From Candidatus Melainabacteria bacterium 17Bon1m (GTDB lineage Bacteria; Cyanobacteriota; Vampirovibrionia; Obscuribacterales; Obscuribacteraceae): DNA of 64,000 bases. The position numbers and the translations under genes are program-made. Each line of letters opens with the position of its first letter. The first letter of the stretch is position 1. Below are positions 38,838 through 47,524 of the stretch, one piece after another. The DNA is taken from contig JAVLKG010000007.1 in assembly GCA_032128875.1 (NCBI GenBank), forward strand, positions 224,001-288,000. The letters are read 5' to 3'. The notes under the pieces are model-generated. The model searched no databases, was not told where the DNA came from, and saw nothing but the letters and a program-made list of their open reading frames with translations.

Positions 38838-39564
38838 TTTCCTCAAGAAGACGGCGTTCATCGTCTGTCTTCTGGCAGCCACCGTCTGCCGTCGGAGCCT
38901 CGCTTTCCTGGCGAGTGTGTTCGAGGCTCTCTTCGGAAAGGTGGAAGCAGGCGGCGAAGAACTGATTCCTGAAAAGGGCTCGTTCGTTCTTGTCGTCAAT
39001 CACTTCCACGGCGCCTGGACGCCCTTTGTTACTGCCGCTGTGCTCGCTGCCCTGAAGCGGCGACGAGCCGATGTTGTCGATGACCTGGCAATGGTCGTCG
39101 GTCAACGCGCCGACACGAAGAAAAAACGCTTCTTTGTCGCTCGGTGGGTGCGCTCGATTGTGATGTGGGTGCTCGAGAGGTGGCAGCACAATGTGCTGCG
39201 CATTCCGCTCGGCAATTCCAATGTCTCGATCGACCAGTTGCGCACTTGGAGGCGGGTAGCCACAGCGCGTCCCTCTCTCGTCTTTCCGGAAGGACTGGCG
39301 AGTATAACTTTCGAAAAGGTGCGTCCGGGCGCTGGACAATTCGTCCGCGCTCTCGGCGTTCCCGTTGTTCCCTGTGCGGTCTGGTATCACCAGGGGCAGT
39401 GGCACGTCGAATTCGACGCACCGATTGCCTGGGCGAAAAGCCCGGAGCTTAGCGATTTGCAGGTTGGGTTGTCGATTGCCCGACTTTTGCCTGCGGATCT
39501 TGCGCCAACTTGGCAGGGGCTTTTGGAGCGCTGGAATCGCGCTCACGATGCACCTGCCGACTAG
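38686..39564 (+). CDS. PlsC-like lysophospholipid acyltransferase family protein (start uncertain)
   Basis: IPEKGSFVLVVNH, LVFPEG, RPGAG and VPVVP blocks; the HX4D Asp is not evident. Confidence 0.7.
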   Translation: MQMTQPMKTLPLSPVASELNASATVDATVTTATAANHTASAPSVSAYVSASFLKKTAFIVCLLAATVCRRSLAFLASVFEALFGKVEAGGEELIPEKGSFVLVVNHFHGAWTPFVTAAVLAALKRRRADVVDDLAMVVGQRADTKKKRFFVARWVRSIVMWVLERWQHNVLRIPLGNSNVSIDQLRTWRRVATARPSLVFPEGLASITFEKVRPGAGQFVRALGVPVVPCAVWYHQGQWHVEFDAPIAWAKSPELSDLQVGLSIARLLPADLAPTWQGLLERWNRAHDAPAD

Positions 39565-39575
39565 TGGAGATTTCC

Positions 39576-39917
39576 ATGAAATTGGAGGATAAACGTTGCG
39601 CGACTGTGGCAGCCGTAGCTGTGAGCTGGGCTGCTGTCGCGATTGCTATCGAGTATCTGAGCGGCACGCAGCTGTTCACTGGCATCACGATCGGCCTCAT
39701 CGGCTTTATCGTTTCCGCCTTGGTCTGCATGTTCATCTTCGAAAGGCAGGATCGTAGGCGAGCAGCCGACGCCAAGCGCCGCGCCGATGGACTGGCTCGA
39801 GAGCGGCTGGGGCCAGTTTTTGCCCACGTGCCGGGTCCAGGTGAGCCGGGCTACGATCCGAATTACGACCCGGACGAAGACAAGTACGCGCGTCGCTACT
39901 ACCGCGACGACGAATGA
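39576..39917 (+). CDS. Hypothetical two-TM membrane protein
   Basis: GGAGA RBS, two hydrophobic segments and a charged tail. Confidence 0.55.
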   Translation: MKLEDKRCATVAAVAVSWAAVAIAIEYLSGTQLFTGITIGLIGFIVSALVCMFIFERQDRRRAADAKRRADGLARERLGPVFAHVPGPGEPGYDPNYDPDEDKYARRYYRDDE

Positions 39918-39994
39918 ACAATTCGGGAGGCCAGTCTAGACCTCTTACTGCGCCTTCTGAATGAATTCACTCAAATCCCAGAGGGAGATTGTCC

Positions 39995-40615
39995 ATGGGA
40001 GATTTAGTGACGTTTCCGGTCGTGAAACAGCTCGCCCCGACGCCCGCGGATTACGAAAGTGAGACGCAGGTTTTCGAGGTGGCATGGTACAGCCGGAAGT
40101 TCTACCGCCACGAGGCGGAGAAGTTGAAGAAGCATGGCATTCATGCCATGTTCGCTCCAGCCAATCAGTCCTTCTTCGTTATGCGGAAGGACATCGAGCG
40201 TATGTGCGAAATCCTCGGCGCCCGCATCAATGGTATCGTTGATGGTGGCAGCATGTATGCTCGCAAGATGGTTATCGACTCGCGCTCCAGTGCGGACGCT
40301 TCCGTCAACGGCAGCGAACTTCCCTATCTGGTGCGCCAGGACGAAGACCGGTTTCTTGCCGGAAATCCAAACACGTATTTCGATGTGCGCGCTTTCGGGC
40401 GCAAATTGTCGGACTACGAAGTTCGCAAGTTGCGCGGCCACAAGATAACGGTCAGCTTCAGCGTCGTGTCCGACAGCTACCACATCGCCAGGAGCGATAT
40501 GGAAGCCGTTCTGCACATCCTGCAAGCACAGCTTCTCGGTGTCGTCGATTCGAAGACCGCCAAGAAAGTGACCATCGATGTGGGCGCGCTCAAATCCCGG
40601 CGACAGGTTTCATAG
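39995..40615 (+). CDS. Hypothetical protein made of two homologous domains
   Basis: FEVAWYSRKFYRHEAEKLKKHGI...DIERMCEILGARINGIVD aligns with FDVRAFGRKLSDYEVRKLRGHKI...DMEAVLHILQAQLLGVVD. Confidence 0.65.
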   Translation: MGDLVTFPVVKQLAPTPADYESETQVFEVAWYSRKFYRHEAEKLKKHGIHAMFAPANQSFFVMRKDIERMCEILGARINGIVDGGSMYARKMVIDSRSSADASVNGSELPYLVRQDEDRFLAGNPNTYFDVRAFGRKLSDYEVRKLRGHKITVSFSVVSDSYHIARSDMEAVLHILQAQLLGVVDSKTAKKVTIDVGALKSRRQVS

Positions 40616-40649
40616 CACGTCGCCATAACGTTTGAAACAGGAGTTGAAA

Positions 40650-40769
40650 ATGACACTCGATCTCGTTCTCAATCTCGTCGCTCAAGCAGCTGGTTATGCG
40701 TCTCTCGTGACGTTTCCCACCCTGCTGGTGATTCGATTCGTGCGTGACCGTCTTCCGCACAACGCGTAA
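40650..40769 (+). CDS. Small 39-aa hydrophobic protein (below ORF-track cut-off)
   Basis: AGGAG RBS then MTLDLVLNLVAQAAGYASLVTFPTLLVIRFVRDRLPHNA*. Confidence 0.45.
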   Translation: MTLDLVLNLVAQAAGYASLVTFPTLLVIRFVRDRLPHNA

Positions 40770-41097
40770 GGCGTCGCTCTGAGTACTTCATGCAAACTGC
40801 ACGGGTAGCCGTTTTCGATAAGGTTGAGCGGTTGCTTGACTGAGTTCGAACGGTTGCCCGCAGCAGTGCGTTTCAACAACTAAAGCTGTTGGAGTCCGTC
40901 GCAAATGCCGGACTCTGCAGTTTTAGTTCTTGGCGACGCTATACTGAATCGTGTAGTATAATGCGTGCCGAAAGCGATGGAAGAGAAAAGGGAAAGAGCT
41001 AACTTTCCCCTTTCTCCCCACCGCGGAGCCGGTTTCCCGGTAACTGACGGAGGGGAGTTTTCGCCTTGCGGCTTGACTCCCTCTCCTCAGCAGTTGA

Positions 41098-42405
41098 TTA
41101 CTTCTTGTCCCCGCCGGTCGGTCCATTTGTCGGACCCTGCGCATCGTCATCGTTCTTTGCTTCCGGCACGCTGCTCAAGATGGGCAGCAGCAAGAAGCAG
41201 GCGAACGTGAAGCCTGCTGAAACGAGAATCAGCGGGGTCAGGGTATGGAACACATCCACGTACAGACGCGCGCCGATGATGGCGGAAATTTGCGTGAAGG
41301 CGTTCGTGACGGACATCAACGCGGCGAAGGTGAAGCCTTCAGCCTTGGGCGGGCAAGCCTGAGCCGCCAGAGTCAGCGTCGACAGCGTGGCGATCATTGC
41401 AGCAGCACCGAACACGAGGTTGATGCCGATTGCGATTGCCTGGCTGTACGCCGTGGGCGTCAGCAGCAAGAGGTAAGCAAGCGTACCGATTGTGCCGGTG
41501 ACGATGCTAAATGCGAGCTGCTGCTTGAGCGGACGTTTGGCGAAAAACTTGCCGTAAGCGATAGCGCCGAGCACCTGACCGGCAGAGCCGATCGCACCCA
41601 GAATGCCGATGAAGGCCTGGGAGAAGTGCAAGGTGTCCACCTGGTGGTAATACCATGGGCTGCCGAAGCTCGGGCTGAAATACCAGAAAGCCAAGAACGC
41701 GATCACCGCCCAAAGAGTCTTGGAGCGGAAGCCGGCGAACAGGCTCTTGGTGGTCGCTTTCATTTCTGCGACGTTGATCGGGCTCTTCTCCTCGCGGACG
41801 ATGAACCAGCTCGCTGCCATCACTGCAAGCGGCGCGCACATGGTGATGATTGCCGCCACGTGCAAGGCCGTTGTGGGCTCGAAGACCGTACACAGCCAGC
41901 CGCCGAACAGTGAAGTTCCGACGGAAGCGATGTTGATCCACAGCCACTGCACACTCTGGAAACTCGCCGTCATCCCGGTTTTCTTACCGTTTTCCACCAT
42001 GACCGCGTCGATGATGACGTCGGAGGCGGCGGTGCCGAATGCGGTGAGCATCAGCGCCGTGACAATAGTGACCGGGTTATCCAGACCGAATAGCCATAGG
42101 AAGCCACCAGCCGCCAGCGTGTTCGTGACAAGAAGCCACGTTTTGCGCCGGTAGCCGAAGAGGGGGATGAAGTCACTCACCAATCCGTAGAGCGGTTTGA
42201 TTGCCCACGGAAGAGTGAGAATCGCCAGGTACTCTGTGACCTGCGCCGGGTTCAATCCCAAAGCCTGCTTGAAGAAGAACTGCAGCGGCTGAGAGACGAG
42301 TCCGACGTGTTGTCCGATGCCCTGGCAGAAGTAGACCAACCCAAACAGGATGATCAGCCGCCTTGCGTAGGCGGTCAGATCTTGATTGTTGTTGGAGGGC
42401 GTCAT
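41098..42405 (-). CDS. MFS transporter, BT1 folate/biopterin family-like
   Basis: LPWAIKPLYGLVSDFIPLFGYRRK, SDVIIDAVMVE, CPPKAEGFTFAALMSVTN; about 12 TM segments. Confidence 0.88.
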   Translation of the reverse strand: MTPSNNNQDLTAYARRLIILFGLVYFCQGIGQHVGLVSQPLQFFFKQALGLNPAQVTEYLAILTLPWAIKPLYGLVSDFIPLFGYRRKTWLLVTNTLAAGGFLWLFGLDNPVTIVTALMLTAFGTAASDVIIDAVMVENGKKTGMTASFQSVQWLWINIASVGTSLFGGWLCTVFEPTTALHVAAIITMCAPLAVMAASWFIVREEKSPINVAEMKATTKSLFAGFRSKTLWAVIAFLAFWYFSPSFGSPWYYHQVDTLHFSQAFIGILGAIGSAGQVLGAIAYGKFFAKRPLKQQLAFSIVTGTIGTLAYLLLLTPTAYSQAIAIGINLVFGAAAMIATLSTLTLAAQACPPKAEGFTFAALMSVTNAFTQISAIIGARLYVDVFHTLTPLILVSAGFTFACFLLLPILSSVPEAKNDDDAQGPTNGPTGGDKK

Positions 42406-42737
42406 GTTTTCTTTCCTTGCCGCTCCCCGCTCGCTGCTCTATCGACCGCACCATGGGTGGTGCAGGCATATAGCAGCTTTGTCACGGAGAGCGCGCACTT
42501 ACAAACGAGAGGAGATTGCTGTCCTCCTCAGACGTCAGCAAAAAATTCGTCATTGCACACAACCTGTAGTCATTGCTTACATGAGCGCTCAGGAAGGCGG
42601 CGTCAGTCGTGCCTCACGCTTTTACGCCGCTTGGATTTCGAGGAGGCAAAGCTGGGCGGAGATTCAAACCGACGTAACCGTCGACTTGCACCTCCGCTCC
42701 AGCTCATGAATCGCTTGCGCGTTTAAAACGCAGTCGA

Positions 42738-43175
42738 TTACTTCTTCGTCACGACGCAGTCGATCTGCTTGTCGCCGACAAAGAGCTGATACACCGGACA
42801 CTGCTTGGCAGTGGCCTTGATGTCGTCCAGCTCCTGCTGCGTGAGATTGCCGGTCACCTCGATGTCCTCGGTGATGACGGAAATCTTCTTCGTGGCATCC
42901 GCGGGGTCCGTCTGCTTGGTCTCGGTCACGGTGACCTTGACCGTCTGGACGTCCCAGCGCGGCATGTTGGTGGCGGGCAGGACCTTCGATGCACGTGAAA
43001 TGATCGTCATGGCAGTGCAAGCACCGAGCGCACCCAAAGCGAGCTGCTTCGGGTCAAGACCGCTGTCGTCACCACCCGAGGTCGTCGAGACATCGCTGAC
43101 CACGGAGTGATTGCCGTTGCTGATCTTCTGCTGGTACTTCTTACCGGCCACGCTGCTAACAGTTACGCTAGGCAT
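42738..43175 (-). CDS. OsmC/YhfA family protein
   Basis: GGDDSGLDPKQLALGALGACTAMT and AKQCPV (two conserved Cys). Confidence 0.88.
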   Translation of the reverse strand: MPSVTVSSVAGKKYQQKISNGNHSVVSDVSTTSGGDDSGLDPKQLALGALGACTAMTIISRASKVLPATNMPRWDVQTVKVTVTETKQTDPADATKKISVITEDIEVTGNLTQQELDDIKATAKQCPVYQLFVGDKQIDCVVTKK

Positions 43176-43319
43176 TGGGTTTTTCTCCCGGTAGATTGGA
43201 AGCCCACATTCATGCGGGCTTCGTATGTGTGTTTCAGGATGAAGCTGATGGGCTGAAGCATTTGTCCCGGCTTAGCGCAAAACCGGCTGTTGCACCGGTA
43301 ATGCGCAGTCCGGACAAAC

Positions 43320-44189
43320 TTACTTCTTCAGCTTCTTCGCCTTCTCGACCTTCTTGAGCGCCAGACGCAGCTCGTGGTTGATCGTCTCCAGGACGCTGAC
43401 GCGGCTGTACCGCTTGTCCTCGCTGGAGATGATGTACCAGGGAGCGTAGTCCGTGCCCGTGCGCAGGAACATCTCGTTCGCGCAGACGGTGTACTCGTCC
43501 CAGTGCTCACGCGCCTCGATGTCGTCGGGCGTGAACTTCCAGGCCTTGTTCTTGCGGCGGTCTTCGAAGCGCTTCCACTGCTCGTCCTTCGTGATGTCCA
43601 GCCAGAACTTCACGACGATGCAGCCCTGCTGCTCGAGCAGCCACTCGAAGGTGCGGATCTCACTGTAGGAGGCGTCGAGCGCTTCCTTGGGAGCGAGCTT
43701 TTTGACGCGCTCGACGAGCAGACGCTCAGCCCAGCTGCGGTCGAAGACACGCATCTGACCCTTGGCGGGCATGCGGTCGTTGCGGAAGAAACGCCAGAGG
43801 TACGGGTGCGCACGCTCTTCTTCGGTCGGCTTCTTGATCGGCACGCCCTGGAAGATGGACATGTCGAAGCCGAGTGCCTCGACGATGCGAGACGTCGCAC
43901 CGGACTTGCCGGCGCCGTCGCGGCCCTGGAAGACGACGATGAGCGCCTTGCCGGACTCTTCCAGCTTGCGGACGAGCTTGTTCAGCTCGATTTCCTGCTC
44001 GGCGAGCTTCTTCTTGTACTTCTTCTTTTTCTTGATGGCGAGGCTGTGGTCTACCTTGGCGAGGTAGTCGAACGCTTTCTCGTCGTGATACTCGTCGGTC
44101 GGAGAATGGAACTGCCGAGCGACTTTGATCGTGCCGTTCGGCATGACCGTGAACTGGTCGCCGAAGGGCTTCTGGAACTTTTTAGCCAT
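43320..44189 (-). CDS. ppk2: Polyphosphate kinase 2 family protein
   Basis: FQGRDGAGKSG, PTEEERAHPYLWRF, FDRSW, KFWLDITKDEQ, WKFTPDD, APWYII. Confidence 0.92.
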   Translation of the reverse strand: MAKKFQKPFGDQFTVMPNGTIKVARQFHSPTDEYHDEKAFDYLAKVDHSLAIKKKKKYKKKLAEQEIELNKLVRKLEESGKALIVVFQGRDGAGKSGATSRIVEALGFDMSIFQGVPIKKPTEEERAHPYLWRFFRNDRMPAKGQMRVFDRSWAERLLVERVKKLAPKEALDASYSEIRTFEWLLEQQGCIVVKFWLDITKDEQWKRFEDRRKNKAWKFTPDDIEAREHWDEYTVCANEMFLRTGTDYAPWYIISSEDKRYSRVSVLETINHELRLALKKVEKAKKLKK

Positions 44190-44330
44190 GTGAGTTTTCC
44201 TTCTTTCCTCGCGTTTTAACCGCGCTGTTGAAAGACATGAGAGCCATGTGGGCTATGTGAGTAGGACCCAAAACGGGACAGGCAGCCTGTTGCCACCTGC
44301 CCCGCTCGGGAGTGCGAATGATGCAGCCGC

Positions 44331-46358
44331 TTAGCCGGCTACTTCCCCGTAGAGGAGGAAGTAGCGCTTCAGCACGTCGTCCGTAGCTGCACCCGGTCCG
44401 AGAGTTTGTCTGCTCACCACTGTGCCGTTGTTGACGCTCAGGGTGACAATCTCGACCTGGATGAGCTTGCCGGAAGATGAATAGCTGAAGACAGCGTCGA
44501 TGATCGGTCGCTGATGCTCATCGAGTTGGCGAATCCGCTCGATTTTGGTCAAAGATGAGTTCGCCGTGTAAATCGTCCGCCCGCCCGGGAAGCCATTCGG
44601 CTCGTAACGGTTGACGATGATGTTGCGACCGCCGTTTTCGGTGGTCACGATGAGCTGGTAGAGGAAACGCTGGCTGGAGCTGAACTCCATGCGGTTGATC
44701 AAGTCACCGCCGGCGGTGGTGCCGTTGACAGTGATGCCGCACGAATGTGTCACCACGTTCCACGTGTACACGCGCCACCGCACTGAGTTGTTCAGGTGCG
44801 GGACGACTAATGCCGGTTCTGTCTTCGTCGTGCTGGTCGAGATGACCGCGCAAGGTGCGGTAGGAACCGTCGGTGTCACCACCGGCGGTTCGGTCCCGAT
44901 AATGGGAGGCACTGTGGTGCCGCCGCCATTGTCACTGCCGTCCTTGCCAGGCCACAGCCTACCAATTGCGAGGATCGCAAGCACGGCCAAGATAAAAACC
45001 AGTATCGCCAGCAAGCCCTTCTTGCCCTTTGGCTTGTCCGGTCCCGGAGGGGGCGGCGGAGGCGGAGGGGGCGGCGGGGGCGGAGGAGGCGGAGGAGGCG
45101 GAGGAGGCGGTGGAGGTGGAGGAGGCGGAGGCGGGTTCTTGCACTCGCAACCGCAGTCCGGCTTGCATGCGCAGGTGCGCTTGCAGCTTTTGCCGCAGTG
45201 GCAGGTGCAGCCGCATTCGTCCGGCTCCAATTTGCCCGGCTTGCGCTTCACCGACATCTTCACGTCAACGGTGAGTTCGTGCTCGCGGGGCGGGCAGTCG
45301 CTTCCGTCCGTGGCTTTGCCACCGGAGTTGACGGTCATCGTCAGTTTGGCTTCCGCCTCTTTGTGCTCGGTCGAGCCGACGTTGCCCATGCGCGAAAGCG
45401 CTTCCTCGGTGCCGATCTTCCCGAACGTTTCCAAAATTCGGTGGAATTCGGCATCGCGCTGACCATCGCTCATCCCGCTTTCACAGCCGTCCTTGGTGGG
45501 CGGTTGTGGTTCGGGTTCGGGCGTCGGTGTCGGCGGCTCAGGAGTGGGCTCCGGGGTGGGGTCCGGCTCAGGCTCGGGCGAAGGGGCAGGCTTCGGTTCG
45601 GGGCTGGGAGCCGGCGTAGGAGCCGGAGTCGGCTCGTCGCCGCACCCACAATCGTCGCTTGCCTTGCACTTCTCGTTGCGCTCGCGATCGGCTTCTGTAG
45701 CCAGTCGCAGGCACTCGATCGCCTGCGTGCGCAAGTCGTCCAGCGTTCCCGAGTTGTCGATAACCCGGTCAGCCAGCGCGACCTTCTGGTCTTGCGGCAT
45801 CTGCACGGCGATGCGTGCGCGAGCTTCGGGCTCGGTGATACCGTTGCGCGTTTCGTCAGCGACGATACGCTTGATTTGCAGCTCCGGGTCGATGATCAGG
45901 CACCACGTTTCGTGGTAGTCGCCGGTCAGCTTCGACTCGTTGAGCAGTGGCACAAGAACAGCAACCTTCTGCGTTTTGGCAGCCTTGGCCCGGGCGCGAG
46001 TAGCGCGACGAATCTCCGGATGGAGAATGGCTTCCAGTTGCTTGCGGGCGTCCGGTTTGTCTTGTGCGAATACGATAGCGGCCAGCTTCTTGCGATTGAT
46101 GGGACCGCCAGGAGCGTCGACGAGGTCGTTGCCAAAGCAAGCGAGAACCTGGTCATACGCGGGATTTGGGGAGTTGAGCAGCTCGTGCGCGATGTGGTCT
46201 GTGTCAAGCACAGTTACACCGAGCGCAGCAAGCGTCTTCCCGAGCGTCGATTTGCCGGCACCCATCACCGAAGTGATGCCGATCAGGTACGGACCATCAC
46301 AATCAGTGCTGCGCGGGCCTTTACCAGCATTCGACAGATGCTCTTCATTTGTGCTCAT
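44331..46358 (-). CDS. Dephospho-CoA kinase-like domain fused to Pro-rich, Cys-rich, poly-Pro, TM and C-terminal domains
   Basis: IGITSVMGAGKST, DTDHIAH, INRKKLAAIVF, LEAILHPEIR, RIAVQMP, ADRVIDNSG, followed by about 450 extra residues. Confidence 0.8.
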   Translation of the reverse strand: MSTNEEHLSNAGKGPRSTDCDGPYLIGITSVMGAGKSTLGKTLAALGVTVLDTDHIAHELLNSPNPAYDQVLACFGNDLVDAPGGPINRKKLAAIVFAQDKPDARKQLEAILHPEIRRATRARAKAAKTQKVAVLVPLLNESKLTGDYHETWCLIIDPELQIKRIVADETRNGITEPEARARIAVQMPQDQKVALADRVIDNSGTLDDLRTQAIECLRLATEADRERNEKCKASDDCGCGDEPTPAPTPAPSPEPKPAPSPEPEPDPTPEPTPEPPTPTPEPEPQPPTKDGCESGMSDGQRDAEFHRILETFGKIGTEEALSRMGNVGSTEHKEAEAKLTMTVNSGGKATDGSDCPPREHELTVDVKMSVKRKPGKLEPDECGCTCHCGKSCKRTCACKPDCGCECKNPPPPPPPPPPPPPPPPPPPPPPPPPPPPPPGPDKPKGKKGLLAILVFILAVLAILAIGRLWPGKDGSDNGGGTTVPPIIGTEPPVVTPTVPTAPCAVISTSTTKTEPALVVPHLNNSVRWRVYTWNVVTHSCGITVNGTTAGGDLINRMEFSSSQRFLYQLIVTTENGGRNIIVNRYEPNGFPGGRTIYTANSSLTKIERIRQLDEHQRPIIDAVFSYSSSGKLIQVEIVTLSVNNGTVVSRQTLGPGAATDDVLKRYFLLYGEVAG

Positions 46359-46823
46359 ACTGGATTTCTCCGTTCAGTTAGTTAGCGAAAAGAGACAGAT
46401 GCACTTCATTTGAAATGCATCCCTTACAACAAGGCGTGCGCCACTTATGAGCTCCTAGAAAGCACATTAAGGGCGCGCATCTTGATTGCTGCTTAGTTCA
46501 GAGTTTGAATCTGAAGTTTGTTCAGGTGGAGATTTGGAATAAATGGAAACTTGAAAAAACTAGCCAACACCAGTTCTTGAATTCAAGAGTATTAAAAAAC
46601 GTTCTTACTAGAACTAAGCGCGAGTTAAGTATCTCCGTAAACGCTTGAGGTTGCGGGGCTTCTGACGGTTTGGTGAAACCTGATCATGGGTCGCGCAAAG
46701 TCATTGTCGACCGCAAGAAGGCGGCAACAAGACAAGTGCTAACTAGCCGCGCCAGCTGTTTAGTGCTTGATAAGCGGCTGCACATCTAAGGTTTTCAGAG
46801 CAAAGCAGTCAGTACAAGCCGCC

Positions 46824-47033
46824 TTAGAAAACGGCAGTCGGATAGTTGAGGTCTAGCCAGCGGCACACAAAAAAGACAGCCAAAACCAAGCCGAATACAA
46901 GCAAAAACCAGTCTAGGAATGTCATTCGCTCTGGGTCTAACACGTGGATACCTGCTTTACGATCTCGGACGGGTTGGCCAGTCTCTACCCTTATGCCGCT
47001 ATAATCTGTTTTCTGTTTTAGCGGAGCGTCCAT
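46824..47033 (-). CDS. Possible small single-TM protein
   Basis: 69-aa ORF with one strongly hydrophobic C-terminal helix. Confidence 0.35.
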   Translation of the reverse strand: MDAPLKQKTDYSGIRVETGQPVRDRKAGIHVLDPERMTFLDWFLLVFGLVLAVFFVCRWLDLNYPTAVF

Positions 47034-47081
47034 CTGGCGAAAAGCTGGGTCGTTCCAAATTCGAGCATAAAGGTGACAATA

Positions 47082-47498
47082 ATGAGCAACGCTCCCCAGC
47101 TACTCGGTATTTTACTCTGTGAGCGCGTTTTGCAGGATGTGCTACGTCGCGATGCTATTTCGCTGATCAACATTCACAATGGCATCAGCTCTCAATCATT
47201 CCCCACACTCATTCCATTGCTTTATGCCTTCGCTCAATTGTCGGCCTCAAGCAGCCAATTCAAGTATCAGTTCAAGGTTCTTGATGCGCGCGGAACCGTC
47301 ATTACAGCTTCGCCTATCGCACAAGTAGAGCCGCTTACAAACGGCGAAAGCACCCACAAAGTAATGAGTGCCTTCACTGGTTTGATCTTCCCGTCGGAAG
47401 GCTCATACAGAGTCACTCTGGAAGTTGAAGAGAGAGAAATCGGCAGCCTTCCTTTCCAAGTTGTGAAGATCGCACAACCCGAAACAGCTAACGCTTAA
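47082..47498 (+). CDS. Conserved hypothetical beta-sandwich protein
   Basis: ILLCERV..D....ISLINI and L.FPSEGSYRV.L pattern. Confidence 0.65.
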   Translation: MSNAPQLLGILLCERVLQDVLRRDAISLINIHNGISSQSFPTLIPLLYAFAQLSASSSQFKYQFKVLDARGTVITASPIAQVEPLTNGESTHKVMSAFTGLIFPSEGSYRVTLEVEEREIGSLPFQVVKIAQPETANA

Positions 47499-47524
47499 GT
47501 TTTTACGCGAAGCTTTGAGTGGCG

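Noticed and set aside
44689-45462. Poly-Gly ORF on the plus strand
   Set aside because: Reverse complement of the poly-Pro tract of the CoaE fusion.
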